This document shows, piece after piece, positions 51,636-64,000 of a DNA stretch of 64,000 bases. Source of the DNA: Camelus dromedarius. Lineage: Eukaryota. The position numbers and the translations under genes are program-made. The notes beneath the pieces were generated by a model. That model worked only from the letters and a program-made list of their open reading frames with translations. It ran no database searches and was not told the origin of the DNA. Where the stretch lies: assembly GCF_036321535.1 (NCBI RefSeq), contig NC_087437.1, forward strand, positions 45,262,001 through 45,326,000, read 5' to 3'. Numbering within the stretch: position 1 is the first letter of the stretch; each line of letters opens with the position of its first letter.

Positions 51636-52579
51636 GGCTTCTGTCTCCCTTTTTAAGGCAGATTGGATGAGCAGCTGAGACTAAGACCCAGTGGGCTTCT
51701 GGTTCTTCCCTGTAGCTCAGGCATTTCCTTTCCATGCTTTTGATAAGAGCCCGCCTGTCTCAGACTCCTTAGACAGAGTGCTTGTAAGAAATGTAGTATT
51801 TCCTTCAGAGGTTTGGAGGTTTGCTCTTGGTTTACTGCACTAATTTAAAGTTTGGCAAATATTTTGCAGAACCACTAGCCATGAGTTTGAGGCAGGCATA
51901 TTTCTGAAGTGGGACTTATTTTCCTAAATAATGGGAAATTTCAAATCCAACTTCTTGAAGCTCTCTACAACCTATACGATCTAGACTTCAACAAGTGTAT
52001 GGTAGAAAAAAATTGGCCTTTTGGATCCTTTAGAGACCAAAAATCTTCCATATTGAGCTCAGCAAGCAGAATCACTGCTAGCTTCCCTTCCCCCTGTAGT
52101 ATTCCTCTGCTTGGGCACACCCAACTGTCAGCTCAATTTGAATCTAGAAATGACCTCAGAGAAGGAAATGACCAAAATGTTCATTCATTTCATCCTCTCT
52201 GCTTCCACAGATCTCCAATGCTTTTAAAAACATAATTTTTGCAATTAGACTGGCTTTTATGTTATAATGGTGATGTGGTCTACAGCATCTACTGTTGCTT
52301 TCTTATCTTCTATAAATGTTTATGTTCAGTTTTCTAAAAAATACTTTAATGCTTTCTCCTTCTAAATTAAAACAGATTTTTAAAGTGTCAGTAAGTTATT
52401 AAACTAAAAACTGAGAAACAGTCCTAAATTTTAAAAATATGTGAAATATTTCATGTAAAAATTACTTTGATGTTCTAATATTTATTTACCCTTTTGAACT
52501 TTGTCATTGGATTTATTGTCTTAATAACTTCACAAACTGCCACACTATTATTTTCTACAGTACAGGTTGAATCACAACT

Positions 52580-53110
52580 CTCCCCTTTGGAAAACCTTTA
52601 ATTTGTCTCTTTGTTTTAAAGAATAAAATTCGAATTCCTTTGATGGAACTGAAGACTCTCCATGATTTTATGTTAATTACTTTTCTAGGGGCTATTTCCT
52701 ACTGCATCTGTCTACTCATCTGAATCACTGACCATTCCCCCTTAATTCATTCTCTGGATATACCTGTTCTCACTTCCCTCTGAACTCTGTTGTTTCTAAG
52801 TGGAACACAACACTCAACTGCTCCTTTCTACCTATCAAAGACTTACTTTTTCTTTCATGAGTTAAGTCATAGGAGTCCTCCTCCGCTGAGACTTCCCTAA
52901 TCAAAAATACACTCATTTGCCTTTAAATTTCAATCATTCTTTATGTCTCTTATTAGCACTTAGTTTTTCCTACCTTTCCTTTAATACTCAGTGGTTTTTA
53001 GATTTTTCCCATGTTAGTATAAAACTCTTAAAAGGAAACCATACTCAGTCATGTGTGAATTTCTCACATACCATTCATGGAGTTTGTACTAAAATATTTT
53101 TTGAGCGAAT
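52580..53110 (+). mobile_element. L2 fragment
   Basis: gaataaaattcgaattcctt, tagtataaaactcttaaaaggaaacc...aaaatattttttgag. Confidence 0.55.
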
Positions 53111-56100
53111 ATGGCCAGTGATTGCTTTTAATTACGGAATATAGTTCATTGATAGGAAAGAGCTCTAATATTTTACAGTTAAAATCCATTACTTTAAAAT
53201 GGACATTTCATCATTGCATTTCTAGCCAATTACCCACTGTTTAAATATCTAAAAGTGTAAATGTTTAATTATTAAAATATACTTGTTTTTCCTTTAAAAG
53301 TAAGTTTTAATTATCATCTTTCCTAAAATCTTTTCCTACTTCATCTTTTGAAATAAAGGAGTGTTTTACATGAAGTGCAGTTCAACATAGTGATAATTTG
53401 AATGATTTCTACTTTTCAGCGTACTGAGATCAGAGTCTTGGATGAAAATTCATTAAGTAAATTTGCATTTCCAACTTGCAAAATATTCTCATGTATGCCT
53501 TAATTTTACAAGTAATATATTGCTGACTTTACTCAGACTAGTCAAATACAGAACATGCATTGCTCAGTTTGGGCATCAATATTGTTCTCTAAGAGGAAAA
53601 GTAAGAGCAGTTTCTGACTGCAAGAAAATTATAGTCCTTCCTATATTGTAAATATCAGAGGCGTCACGAGGCAGACAGAGTTGTAAAACGTCTATCTTTC
53701 AGTAGCTGGACAATAAAGAGAAAAATGAGCACCATCATGAGTGTTAATGTGCACAAAAACAAAATGTTCAATAAAAATTATTAATTATGTCTAGTTTCGC
53801 ATTTTTCATATTTATGCAGGTAATATATTTCAACTAATTTTTTTTGTACCTTTAGAGATGACAATATAAAAAGCATGATGAGGAGAAAGCCACACAGTCA
53901 ATCAAGATGCCTCAGCTCAGTTGTTCACAGCAGGGAGATTAAAGTAATCTCAACATTCTCTTGATTTCCTAAAATTTAACAAGTCATATTCTCTGCTAGT
54001 AAATGTTACTGGGAATCAGTAATCCCAGCTGACGGAGGGATTTGAGGAAAATTATCAACTTTTATTTGAGATATAAAATTGAAAATGTGAGTAGAAATAA
54101 ATCTCTATATGTTAAAAAAAAAAAAGGTAGCTCTTTATATAATAGATTTATAAACTTAGATTCCTAAAAGAGCCCTTGGAGGCAGACTACAAGAAACTTG
54201 CATCTGAAGAATGAGAAAGCTGAGATCCAGAAAAAGTGAAGAGATGGCCACAGTTATAAAACATACGCCATCAGAATAAGGAATAGAGAAACTGCTTCTA
54301 GACAGAATTAAGACCCAAATCTTCTGCAAGCAATTGCAAGCAAATCTTATATACAGCAATTTGTTTCCTATTATTTTAATCTGATTAGATCAGTTGGATG
54401 TCTTTGTCTTTAAACACTTTCCAAAGTAACAAAAATCAAAAAGAGAAGATTTAGCTTAAATTTTCCAAATGGTTTCATTTATTTTTTGTCACAGGCAAGG
54501 TTCTCTTGCCTGTGATGCTGAATATACATAAAAGCTAAAATTTTGAATTTTTCAAAAGTTTCTATTCAAAATGTATGTTTTATGGAGGAAAGCTAATTCG
54601 GTTTCAAAATTTAGTGTTTGGAAATAGAACAAGGTGTGCCTTGCTGCCTTCATTTGTAGGAATTCCTGATCTCAATGGCTACTTTCTATAAAAAGTAAAG
54701 ATGTCTGGAATTTGGTCTTAGCTACTTAGTTCAGTGGATCTTAGCAGCTACATAGTTTCCTCTCTACCTGCCTGCTGACTGCACCGTCCCAGCAAGTGCC
54801 TGCTTATAGAGGCAATACCTTTGCTCCAGCCTTCTCTGGTTCCCATAACTAACCCTGAGTCCTCTCATTTCAGGCTTGTTCTGGATGAAGCCTGATTCTT
54901 ATCTACTTTCAGATCCCCTGCTTTTCCAGTCTCTGTGCCCTCCCAGCTGATGGAGATGAGCTGCTCCACTGCTGTCTGCAAAAGGGTGAAAGAATTCTAG
55001 TCTAAACCATTCTCGCCATTTCTCTCCAAGAACAGCAGCTACGGGCAGCAGTTGGGGCTGCCATTAATAAAGAGCACGTCAATCCACTCACAGGGAAGGA
55101 CTGGCTTACATGGGATTTCCTGCTGTTGCTGTCACTAACAGAGATTCTTAATGTAGGAAATTTTACACATTCTGACTTCACTGCAAGCCTGGCAATGATA
55201 TTCCTGGTAAAAAATGCATTAGGCAGCACAATGACTTCAACAGTTCATTTTCCACTCCCTCAAGACATACTCTTTTTTGCAGATGTGTGGTCCCAGAAAT
55301 GCCCACTGACTGAGACATTTTGTGACAGTTAGCTACCACTTGTTTCTTGGCCTCTGAGAAATGACAATGGGAACCAATGCTGAATTTTTCTTTCGGGGAT
55401 AAGGCTTGGGAGAAGTAGCAGAAATAAAACAGGAGAGAAGTAATTCAGGTTGGGCATATTTGAACACTCATAATAAACTTAGTCAATATCAATGGAGGCA
55501 TAACTGCCAGATCAATTCAAACAATTATCCCATCATACTTTGCACTGGAAAGTGCACATTTACAGGCAGCCTAGAAAAAGCACTGCAAATGAAATAAGAT
55601 CAGATTTATCACAATTCCACTCCCAGGTCTATGGTTTATGTTTAAATCCCAAATATAATAGCTATGCTTGGAATGACACATGAGTTTTAACCACTTACCC
55701 TGTGATTATCTATGATTACCTAAAGTTCAATTGCAGCATAAATATATATAACTGGAAAGACTTGCAATCCATTTATTCCTCTGGATGTTCTACACTTTAC
55801 TGTAGACCTAGTAAAGAGACAAACAAACAGAACTCTGGGTACGCAGAACATAAAATTCTTGGTTTCCTAGAGAATTGCCTTTACTGATCCAGGATTTGGT
55901 GTCAGGACATTGACTCTATCAAGATATACTATAAATAAAAATCTGATGAAATTTATGGTTATATCTTTTATGGAAATGTTCATTCCCACATAGTCCTCTG
56001 TATATTTTTTAAGGATACAACAGAAACTCTTTATTCTTAGTGCCAAGTCTAGTCATATTTTAAAAAATAATTTGACTTAAAAAAATCTCATTGTCTTTAT

Positions 56101-56339
56101 GAACCTAATCACTGGCCATTGTTTCAGGCTAAGAGTATCTGGATCATATCTGTGGCCATCTATAGGAAGTACGTCATTTTTATTTTATTGTTTTTACTGG
56201 CCATTCTTGACTTACTTCATATTCTCAGTCTTGATTATTTTTTTTTATTTTTCTCACATTTAAGGTATATGATTGTATGTGTGTACCCTGAAAAAAGGTC
56301 TGAAATACTTCCTGAATCAAGTTGGAATACAAATAAGCA

Positions 56340-56525
56340 AATAAATACATAGCTTTACAACTATGACTGAACATGAGTAATTTAATTCATCTCTTTAAAC
56401 ATATTTTATATGTAAAATTGGAATCCTAACTACCTCATATAAATTTTTAGAATTAAAATAATATAACATCTTAAGTACCAAATGTAGTGCCCGGCATCTA
56501 GTAAACACTTAATGAAAGTTCATTA
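56340..56525 (+). mobile_element. MIR
   Basis: tgtaaaattggaatcctaactacctcat...gtgcccggcatctagtaaacacttaatg. Confidence 0.65.
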
Positions 56526-56650
56526 TATCTGAAATTTTATTTAGTCCTGAGTGCAGCATTTCAAGAGAGTCACTGACAAATAAGAATGTAACTAAAAGAG
56601 AGCTGTGACTGATGATGGTTTGAGGGGGGAAGAATGGCATAGTATATTAT

Positions 56651-56760
56651 AGATATGATAGATAGATAGATAGATATTATAACAAGTGATCTTTTTTCTT
56701 TTAAACAGAACTCCAAAATGCATCCGTGTGTGAGTGTGTCTGTGTGTGTGTGTGTGTGCT
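56651..56760. repeat. (GATA)n and (TG)n microsatellites
   Basis: Direct read. Confidence 0.85.
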
Positions 56761-57009
56761 TACATGCGTGCACTCTTGAGCATGTGTGAATAAGCAAAGA
56801 TGACACTATGGAAGACTGGTTGCCTGTGAGAGCTGAAATTAGAAGGCAGAAGAGACTACTTCACCTTTTCATTTATATATATTCTTAAACAGGAAAAATG
56901 AAGACAAGATGTAAGGACCATTGGAAATTTCTACAACTTTTTCCCTTTTTTCTTTTTTTTTTCTTAAATAATTAAATCAATCACTAAGAAAGAATGGAGA
57001 TAGGAAGAT

Positions 57010-57230
57010 AAGGAGTCTGGAAATCATTTTATAATAGGGAAAAAATTCTAGGCTATTTAGCCTGAAGCAGAGATAAAGAAGGAATTATGATTGTCTTCAA
57101 ATATTTGAAGAACTCTCAAATGAAAGATAATTTAGACTCATTCTATAATGTTCCAAAGAAGGAAAAATGATCTTGATAGAAGAAATAAATGAGCTAACAA
57201 GAGTAAGCAAATTTTGAAAGAGTTGCCACT
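57010..57230 (+). mobile_element. L3/CR1 LINE 3' fragment
   Basis: Translates LFSLKQR and MIVFKYLKN, resembling the CR1 ORF2 C-terminus (LFSLEKRRLRGD..VFKYLKG). Confidence 0.65.
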
Positions 57231-58717
57231 CAATGTTAGCTTTAAGAAAAGGTCAGAGGTTCATTATTCAAGGGTATTATACACAAGTTAAAATTACTAA
57301 GGTAGATGAAATTAGATTCCAAAACAGCATCATCACCGCTATTGACTTTACATGATAAATGATATCTTCTGCTTTGGAATACCAAAATTTGCAAAATGGA
57401 CCAACAAAAACTGATTGAGTAAACAGTACATTCTAGGTAATATACTATACATTGGGAATAAAAGGGTAAATAATATATATCCAATATTTCAAGAAGCTCA
57501 TGGTCCAATTAAAAAGATATTCATAAATAAGAAATTTTACAATAAGATAATTTTTAGGACAGAAATATACACAAGGCATTACCGAAACATCGCAAAGAGA
57601 ATGACAGACTTAAAATTAAATAGTGACTTCCATTAGGTATTGATAACATTTATTTTGAAAGGTCACTAGCTGATTTTGTCAACATAAATCTGTACATAAG
57701 AAACGTCTGCAAACTGTTAACTTTGAACATAATCTGGACATAGCTGTATTTCTAAGGTATTACACAGATAGAAAAGATTGCTATAGTATCCCAAGGTATT
57801 CAAAAAAGAAGTATAGAAATGCTTAAGAGTCAAGAAAAATTAAAGACCTTTCAATGTGGTGAAAAGGCTTGACTACAGGCTAATTGCAAAGGAGGCAATG
57901 ATGCAATTCCAATTTTGAAAGGTATAAATTATGCAAGTGATTTCAACAGCAGGGGGGTTATTTGTCCTGATGTGAAGAAGTTACAAAGCTCATGAATTTC
58001 AAATCTGTAAATTAAGAACAAAGGATTTACAGCTTAGTTAGAAGCAAATGAAAGACAAGTTATGCCAATAGAGGTCAATGCTATGGCTCACTCCTACCTC
58101 AGGGATCTTTTATTCAGTGCCACTCTCTCCCCCTACTCTACCCAAAAGGTGAAAAAGTTCTCATGGATCAAGTCCAAGGACATAGATGACAGAGGTGACA
58201 CCAGTCTGAATATTTGGAGACATTTAAAAATAGGTTGAAAGTTCTCACATTTGCCTGCTATATTTTAGGTGTTGCCCATTAAATTCCTTCTCATGGTCAT
58301 TTTCTTTTTGGTTTGCTTTTCTTCCCCTTACCCTCTCCCCCAAGTAGCTAGTGAAATAAGAGGGCTCTGCTCTAGATCTAAGACAGGTAAGCTCAGTTTT
58401 TCATGTTAACAGGTCATACCACAGCTGCAAGGTTCTGCAAGGAACCCAAATGTACTGTTCCTCATGTGTTTTCCATAACATTATCTATTATAATTTGTTT
58501 AAATACTATTTGTTCACAATGTGCCAAAAAATTATCTAGTTCTGTCTTTATTTGTAATAGAACTAAAAACAGCAGGTAAAATAACCATACCTGCTGCTCT
58601 GGCCCAATTTCTTCCCGCTACCGCTATCAGTCCTACCAAGTGAACCAGCTATGTTAGACTGTCAAAGGAAATAAAGAAGTATCGACCAAAAGAAGGTCAA
58701 TCCAATATTCACATCAA

Positions 58718-58762
58718 TATTACCTATACTCCATTATTACCTACACTCCATTATTACCTACA
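58718..58762. repeat. 17-bp minisatellite, ~2.6 copies
   Basis: tattacctatactccat / tattacctacactccat / tattacctaca. Confidence 0.9.
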
Positions 58763-60814
58763 TTACACACTGTGTGGCTCTCTGTGTTTACATTTTTCCT
58801 CATATTTTATTACAGTAGATTCTGAATACACCACAGCCAAATAAGTAGAACAAGAATGATTCAAGGGAATTGCACTAGGAGAGCTGCATTTTAGACATTT
58901 ACCAAGTGGGCAAGTTTAGTAACAAAGTCAGATTTCTGAAAGGACCAGAATTTGATGGAGATAAACACCAGGTCAATAGGCTTTAAATCACAGAAAAGGT
59001 GGAAAGTGGCAAGTAAAACTGAAGTGGTTCTTTGTTTAATTTTAATTTCTCTGCCATCTTCTATTTTTCCTTAATTAAAACATTTTTGAAAATCACTTCA
59101 ATAAAATGCTCTTTCTGAGGGAAAATAAATGCAAATATATGCTTTTTAATTCATCATACTCTCATGAAGTTTAATTAAAATAATTTTTTTTGCAAATGTA
59201 TGATTCTATAATCCTGTGTTGTTTTATTAGTTTGGCTTTCATAGATGCCTTTAGAAAGGCTGTTATCATAAAAGGAAATGCAGTTATCATGTGTATCATG
59301 CCCATAATTATGGAACAGTACATTTCAATTAGTCAGTTTTTTCTCCTAGGAAATGTTATTTACCATGGCTATATTGTTTGTTTCATCATCACCAGACTAC
59401 TTTTTATCAGTCCATTGCATTAGACCAACTTTACCTTAATTTTATTTTCTTGCTTGTAAATCCTAAGAACAATTAAAAAAATGCTTCTGAAGGATCACAT
59501 ATTTTAAGCAGCAATTTATTACTATTAGGGTAATCTGTGCTTCAAAATTCCCATGCAACATTTTGTGATCATAACTGCCAAACCACCAGCAATGGCTTAA
59601 ACCGAATAAAAGGTAGAACAAGGATATGTAAAGTCAGCCTCAAAAGCCTTAAGACCTTAGTTAAAACGCTCCCTAATGCTATCATCACCTTGATCCAGCA
59701 GTTTGACTTCCCTCCCTTTCTGCTGTGACAGATCGTTTTCTCTGGCACACCTTCTGCTGGCTTCTTGTTCACCTTGTTGTTGTTGTTTCTCTTCTGTCTT
59801 TATTTGTAGACTGAAAATTCAACTATTTCTAGAAAACTTTTTAAATCTATCTTTAAATCTTTAACATAAATTAAAGTTGAAAATGATGGGGGTATATGTT
59901 AAATATTCATAGGTTGATGTCTTGAAAACTATCATTTTAACCCACAAAATTCACTGGTATGCTTTGTGATGCTGCCAGAATTGGAGGATTTCCCTTTTTG
60001 TTTGTTAGACTTGATTGATTTTTGTAAATACAATAAACCAGAGGTGTCAGGATATCAAGAGACAGAGCTAAGTCAAAAGTTGTCTTTTCTGTTTTCTTTT
60101 CCCTCTAAACAAAGCATCATTAAGTAACAGAAACATATGGTCAACTCTGATTTTCTGTTTGTGCGGCAAAGACATCTTTTTTTTTAGAATTTTAACCCAT
60201 CAAGTTGAAGAAACAGACTAAAAAAATGTCCCACAACCGAAGCCAAATGCAATGGGCATGGCTGGGTAACTACTTCAAAGAAGCGATGGGTTCTGGCCCC
60301 TTTAATAACCTTCCCAGTGTCTGAAAGATGAATGGTGCTGATATCCAGTTACAAGCTTCCTTTCATTATACTGCAATTATCAAATACAAACACATTTAGA
60401 AAAGCAACAATTTCTAAAGTTTTTACATTTTTTCTTACTTTCAGTACCTCAATACATCTGACAAGGTCTGAGCTAACTATATGCAGTTTGAGGATAACCT
60501 ATCTTTGAACAAAGAGTGATAACCTTAAGTAAGAAAAAGGTCTTAATTCAGCTAAACTCAAACTTATTGAAAATAAGTACCCATTACTTAAATTCACTGA
60601 AGATCTTGATTCTTTACAGATGTTATCCGAAGTTCTATCCTTGATCCCCAATCAGTCTAAAGGTACAGTCTCAAATCATGAAAATATAGCTTAGTTCATA
60701 CCAAAAAAAAAAAACCTGTTTTAAATACAAATTCTTATATATATTAAATATTCTTCTAAATATCTTTGGTTTACCAAGAAAAAAATAAGATTTGAAGAAT
60801 TTGGGATGCGTTAT

Positions 60815-60904
60815 CAGAAGGCCTGATTTCGACTCCCAGCTTAGCCAATTATTAGCAACACAACAGAGGGGCAAGTCAAATATCATCTCTGAACCTCAGT
60901 TTTT

Positions 60905-60967
<63 letters not shown>

Positions 60968-61000
60968 TACAGAGTTGTTTAAAGGAGCAGTTGTGAATAC
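60815..61000 (+). mobile_element. MIR carrying an expanded (AAT)18 microsatellite (60910-60963)
   Basis: gggcaagtcaaatatcatctctgaacctcagttttt, then (aat)18 where MIR has its ataataat seed. Confidence 0.75.
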
Positions 61001-61039
61001 AAGTAGAGGTTTATTTATATGGCTATATATTTTGTTCAC

Positions 61040-61780
61040 ATTTATTCAGATCTAGTAGGAGCCAGGTACTATATAAGGAACTGAGGCGCTTGGAAGAGAT
61101 GATGTCTATAAATTTGAAGTCTGTAGCCTGAGTGCGAAAGACAGATGCATCAATATCAATATCATATGGCAACACTGTAATTGAGGAAAGCTCTAAATAC
61201 AGTGGTGCCTCCAGCTAGAGGGTGACCAGTTCTGTCTTTGATGTCAGAAAATTTCATCAGGGACAATATTTGAGGCAGCGTCTTGAAAGAAGAGTTTTCC
61301 TTGGGGAGAGGGATTCACCATGGAATAAACACCACATATACATGCATGAGAATGGAGGGGTAAGAGAGAAAATGATGCTTAAGAAAATGTGAGACACTTG
61401 GGTGGATGGAACATTGAGTCTCTGGGAAAATGGTAGCTGATGGGGCTTGAGAGCTAAAATAGGGACAGACTGTGAATAGCGACTTCCTGATACAGAAAGA
61501 CATTCAAACTTGATGTGAAGGATGCTAATGAGCTATAAAACCATAGCACTGTAGGAAAACGAGTCTAGGGATAGCATGAAGAAGAGTTTGCTGTTCTCAA
61601 GTCTAGTCATAGAGATCAAGTACCAACTGTAGCATTTCAGGTGTGAGGTGATGAGGTCGCGTCAGATCAGATAAAGGACCGAGGCCAGTGTTTGGAACTA
61701 GATGATGTGTTTGGTTTGGAACATGCTTAACGCTGATGACCATATTAGGTGTGCTGGGAAGAGAACAATTGGAAAAATAG
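61040..61780 (-). mobile_element. L2 fragments
   Basis: agccaggtactatataagg, atttgaggcagcgtcttgaaaga, gtttggaacatgct. Confidence 0.5.
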
Positions 61781-61839
61781 TTGCTTGTTCCACTGAAACT
61801 TTTATTTCAAAGTAAAACTTTCTCAACATTTAATGTCTT

Positions 61840-62165
61840 CCTCTTGCAATAGGGAAAAAAAAAGTCAAAGCTCTGCATCCAAGGCATTCCACAACCTCTA
61901 TTTCATCAGCATCATCTCCAATTGATATCTAGGCTTCAATAATTTGTAGCAATTCCCCAAATGGGTGATATTCTTTTTAGGCTCTGTATCTTTGAACGCT
62001 CTGTTTCCTATGCCTAAATATTTGGCTTTCTCTTTAATACACTCATTACTGAGATTACTGTGATAACGTGAACCCTATTTGACTATATTCTACATCTGTT
62101 TTCTCCCTCTGACACACGATAGGCACACAAGGACATTTTATCAAATAAATGAATGTGTAAATGAA
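61840..62165 (+). mobile_element. L2 3' fragment
   Basis: aagtcaaagctct...aaggcattccacaacct...ctgacacacgataggcacacaa...ataaatgaatg. Confidence 0.5.
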
Positions 62166-64000
62166 GTACAAAGCTTTATATTAGAGCAACTTTGCATTAT
62201 GAAGGTCTGTCTGTAGCAAATATTTCTTCTAAGAATTTGCATAGTTAATAGGACTGAGTGGAGTCAGTATACTAGACATTATTCGTGTATATTTTGGGTG
62301 TCTTTTTCTAAAAATAATGGCAAAAGGGGGTCAAAGTTTCATAATTATAAACATGATCAAAAATACAAAAATCAAGTACTTTATTAAAATACCTCTAATT
62401 TCCGTTAAACTATTCTTTGATACATTATGCAACTTACATGCTTAGACTGACAGGTGCTTATTCTCTGTCAAATGCAATGTAAGTACCAATCTATGTTTTG
62501 ATGATATAAAATGTAAAGATTTTGCAGCTCATCTTTTCTTGGCATCCTTGCCCTCATCACCTTCACTGCCTTGCACAGGGGAGCACTGTTTGAGAATGAC
62601 CAAGAAAATGAGGCACAGAAATAGCAAAGTGAATGCCATTACCGTACATTAAAAGAATTACCTCACCATCAAATGACTTTTCTGTTCTCTTCCTGACCAC
62701 CTAAATGAATAAAGCAGGATAATGACATTCTCATTATTTTAGGAACACATTTGCATTCGTAATGAAAGAGTCCCTAAAGGGCACAGACACCACAGAGGCA
62801 ACTGTCTGAATTAATTAAAACTGTTTGCCTGATTAGATAAAGATGCAAGAATAAACTGTATATCAGGAAAAGTTTCTCTCTTTTCATCAAAACACAAGAA
62901 TAAACTATTTTTAACACAAAGCCTTACAGAATTAATATTTAGAAGACAGAAAAGAAGTTTGCTTTTATTTCTCTACCTTAAAAAAACAAAACTTTCTACA
63001 GGCCAATAAAAATAATAGCATCTATATTCTATATTTTGCATTTCCTTCTAAATTCTTCAGTAGGTGCTTAATTCGGTCCAGATAGAATAAGACTCTTCAA
63101 AAAGTAAACAACACAAATATCTCAGAATGAAAAAAAATGCATTTAATATTTTTGATTTGAGAATTTTGGTCAATGATTCCTCTAGATTGATTATAATTTC
63201 TTATTTAAAAAAAATGGATACATGTTTATAAACATAAAGAATCATCTGCTCATATATATAACATTCTCCTCAGGGTCAGAAAGCAATCAAACACTTCTTT
63301 CTCATTTAAAAATATGTTTTCAAGTGTGCAAATCAATTTAAATGAGCTATTAATGTACTGTTTAATAGAGCCATTAAAATGTGAATTATCTTGAAATGAT
63401 TGTGTTTCTTTTCCAATATTTTCCTAATACAGCCTCAGTCACAAGGACAAGAGATGTTTCTGAAAGTAACTATTATCCTCAGTGATAAAAACATTGATTT
63501 GAAAAAAAAGAAAGAATACAATAAAAATGCTGGCACATGTCCTTCTAAAATAATTCCACATGAAAACAGGCTCACTTTTATTTTGATCTTCAATTCTAAT
63601 GAGGAAGTAGAACTAGGTGAGAATGTACAACGCTAACTCACAGCAAACACGCTGTTATGTAGTAAAGTAATGTATGGCAAAGATGGTACTTAGTGATGGT
63701 AGAAAACAGAGACTACATGTTTCAGTGGCTTAATAAAAAGTATACGTGAGCAGCCCACTCTCCTGGAGGATGGCACACTGTGGGGTATATGCGCTTGTCT
63801 ATGTTAAACTAATATTAGAAACCACATATCTGGTGAGTTTACTTTTCTAAAATCCAGTTAAAATGACTCTGAGATGTTGAAATGACTTGTCAAAAATGAA
63901 AAATTTCAGCAGATTTTTTCCCTTGTATAACAGCAGAGACAATTGATTGGCTGACTGTTTTTTTTTTCCTTCCAAATTATTTTTTAATACTGGGTGGCAC

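Noticed and set aside
58570..58596. 9-bp stem cagcaggta/tacctgctg
   Set aside because: Short enough to arise by chance in a 64-kb window.
58718..58762. Short direct repeats (also 2512, 17198, 24103) as a CRISPR-like array
   Set aside because: Only 2-3 adjacent copies without unique spacers, in eukaryotic DNA. These are ordinary slippage duplications.
61203..61228. CTCF-like motif (also 57945-57960)
   Set aside because: Core positions mismatch and it cannot be supported without PWM or ChIP data.
1..64000. Host gene exons, CpG-island promoter, NUMT, processed pseudogene, non-retroviral viral insert or a novel multi-gene system
   Set aside because: None was recognisable. The remaining ORFs are short, compositionally biased and often inside repeats. 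Small exons cannot be excluded without alignment.

Overview
AT-rich, CpG-depleted mammalian genomic DNA with no protein-coding gene, RNA gene, CpG island or CRISPR array that I can support. It reads as intergenic DNA or the interior of a large intron. Two tRNA-Ala(AGC)-derived SINEs of the camelid vic-1 type, cetartiodactyl-type L1 3' ends and no Alu, Bov-tA, PRE or CAN SINEs suggest a camelid host (inference). The only clearly protein-like ORFs are broken L1 ORF2 pieces (27931-28507). A large share of the window is decayed interspersed repeat: L1/L1M, L2, L3, MIR, MaLR (MLT1), ERVL (LTR16, LTR33), MER21 and hAT elements (Charlie1, MER5). Subfamily names come from my recollection of consensus sequences, not from a database search, and boundaries are approximate unless stated. 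I found no new multi-gene system. The best oddities are a near-perfect 31-bp fold-back hairpin inside an L1, an L1 lacking almost all of ORF2, a ~31-bp micro-L1 insertion with a target-site duplication (TSD), a SINE with complementary ends, and several palindromes in unique DNA.
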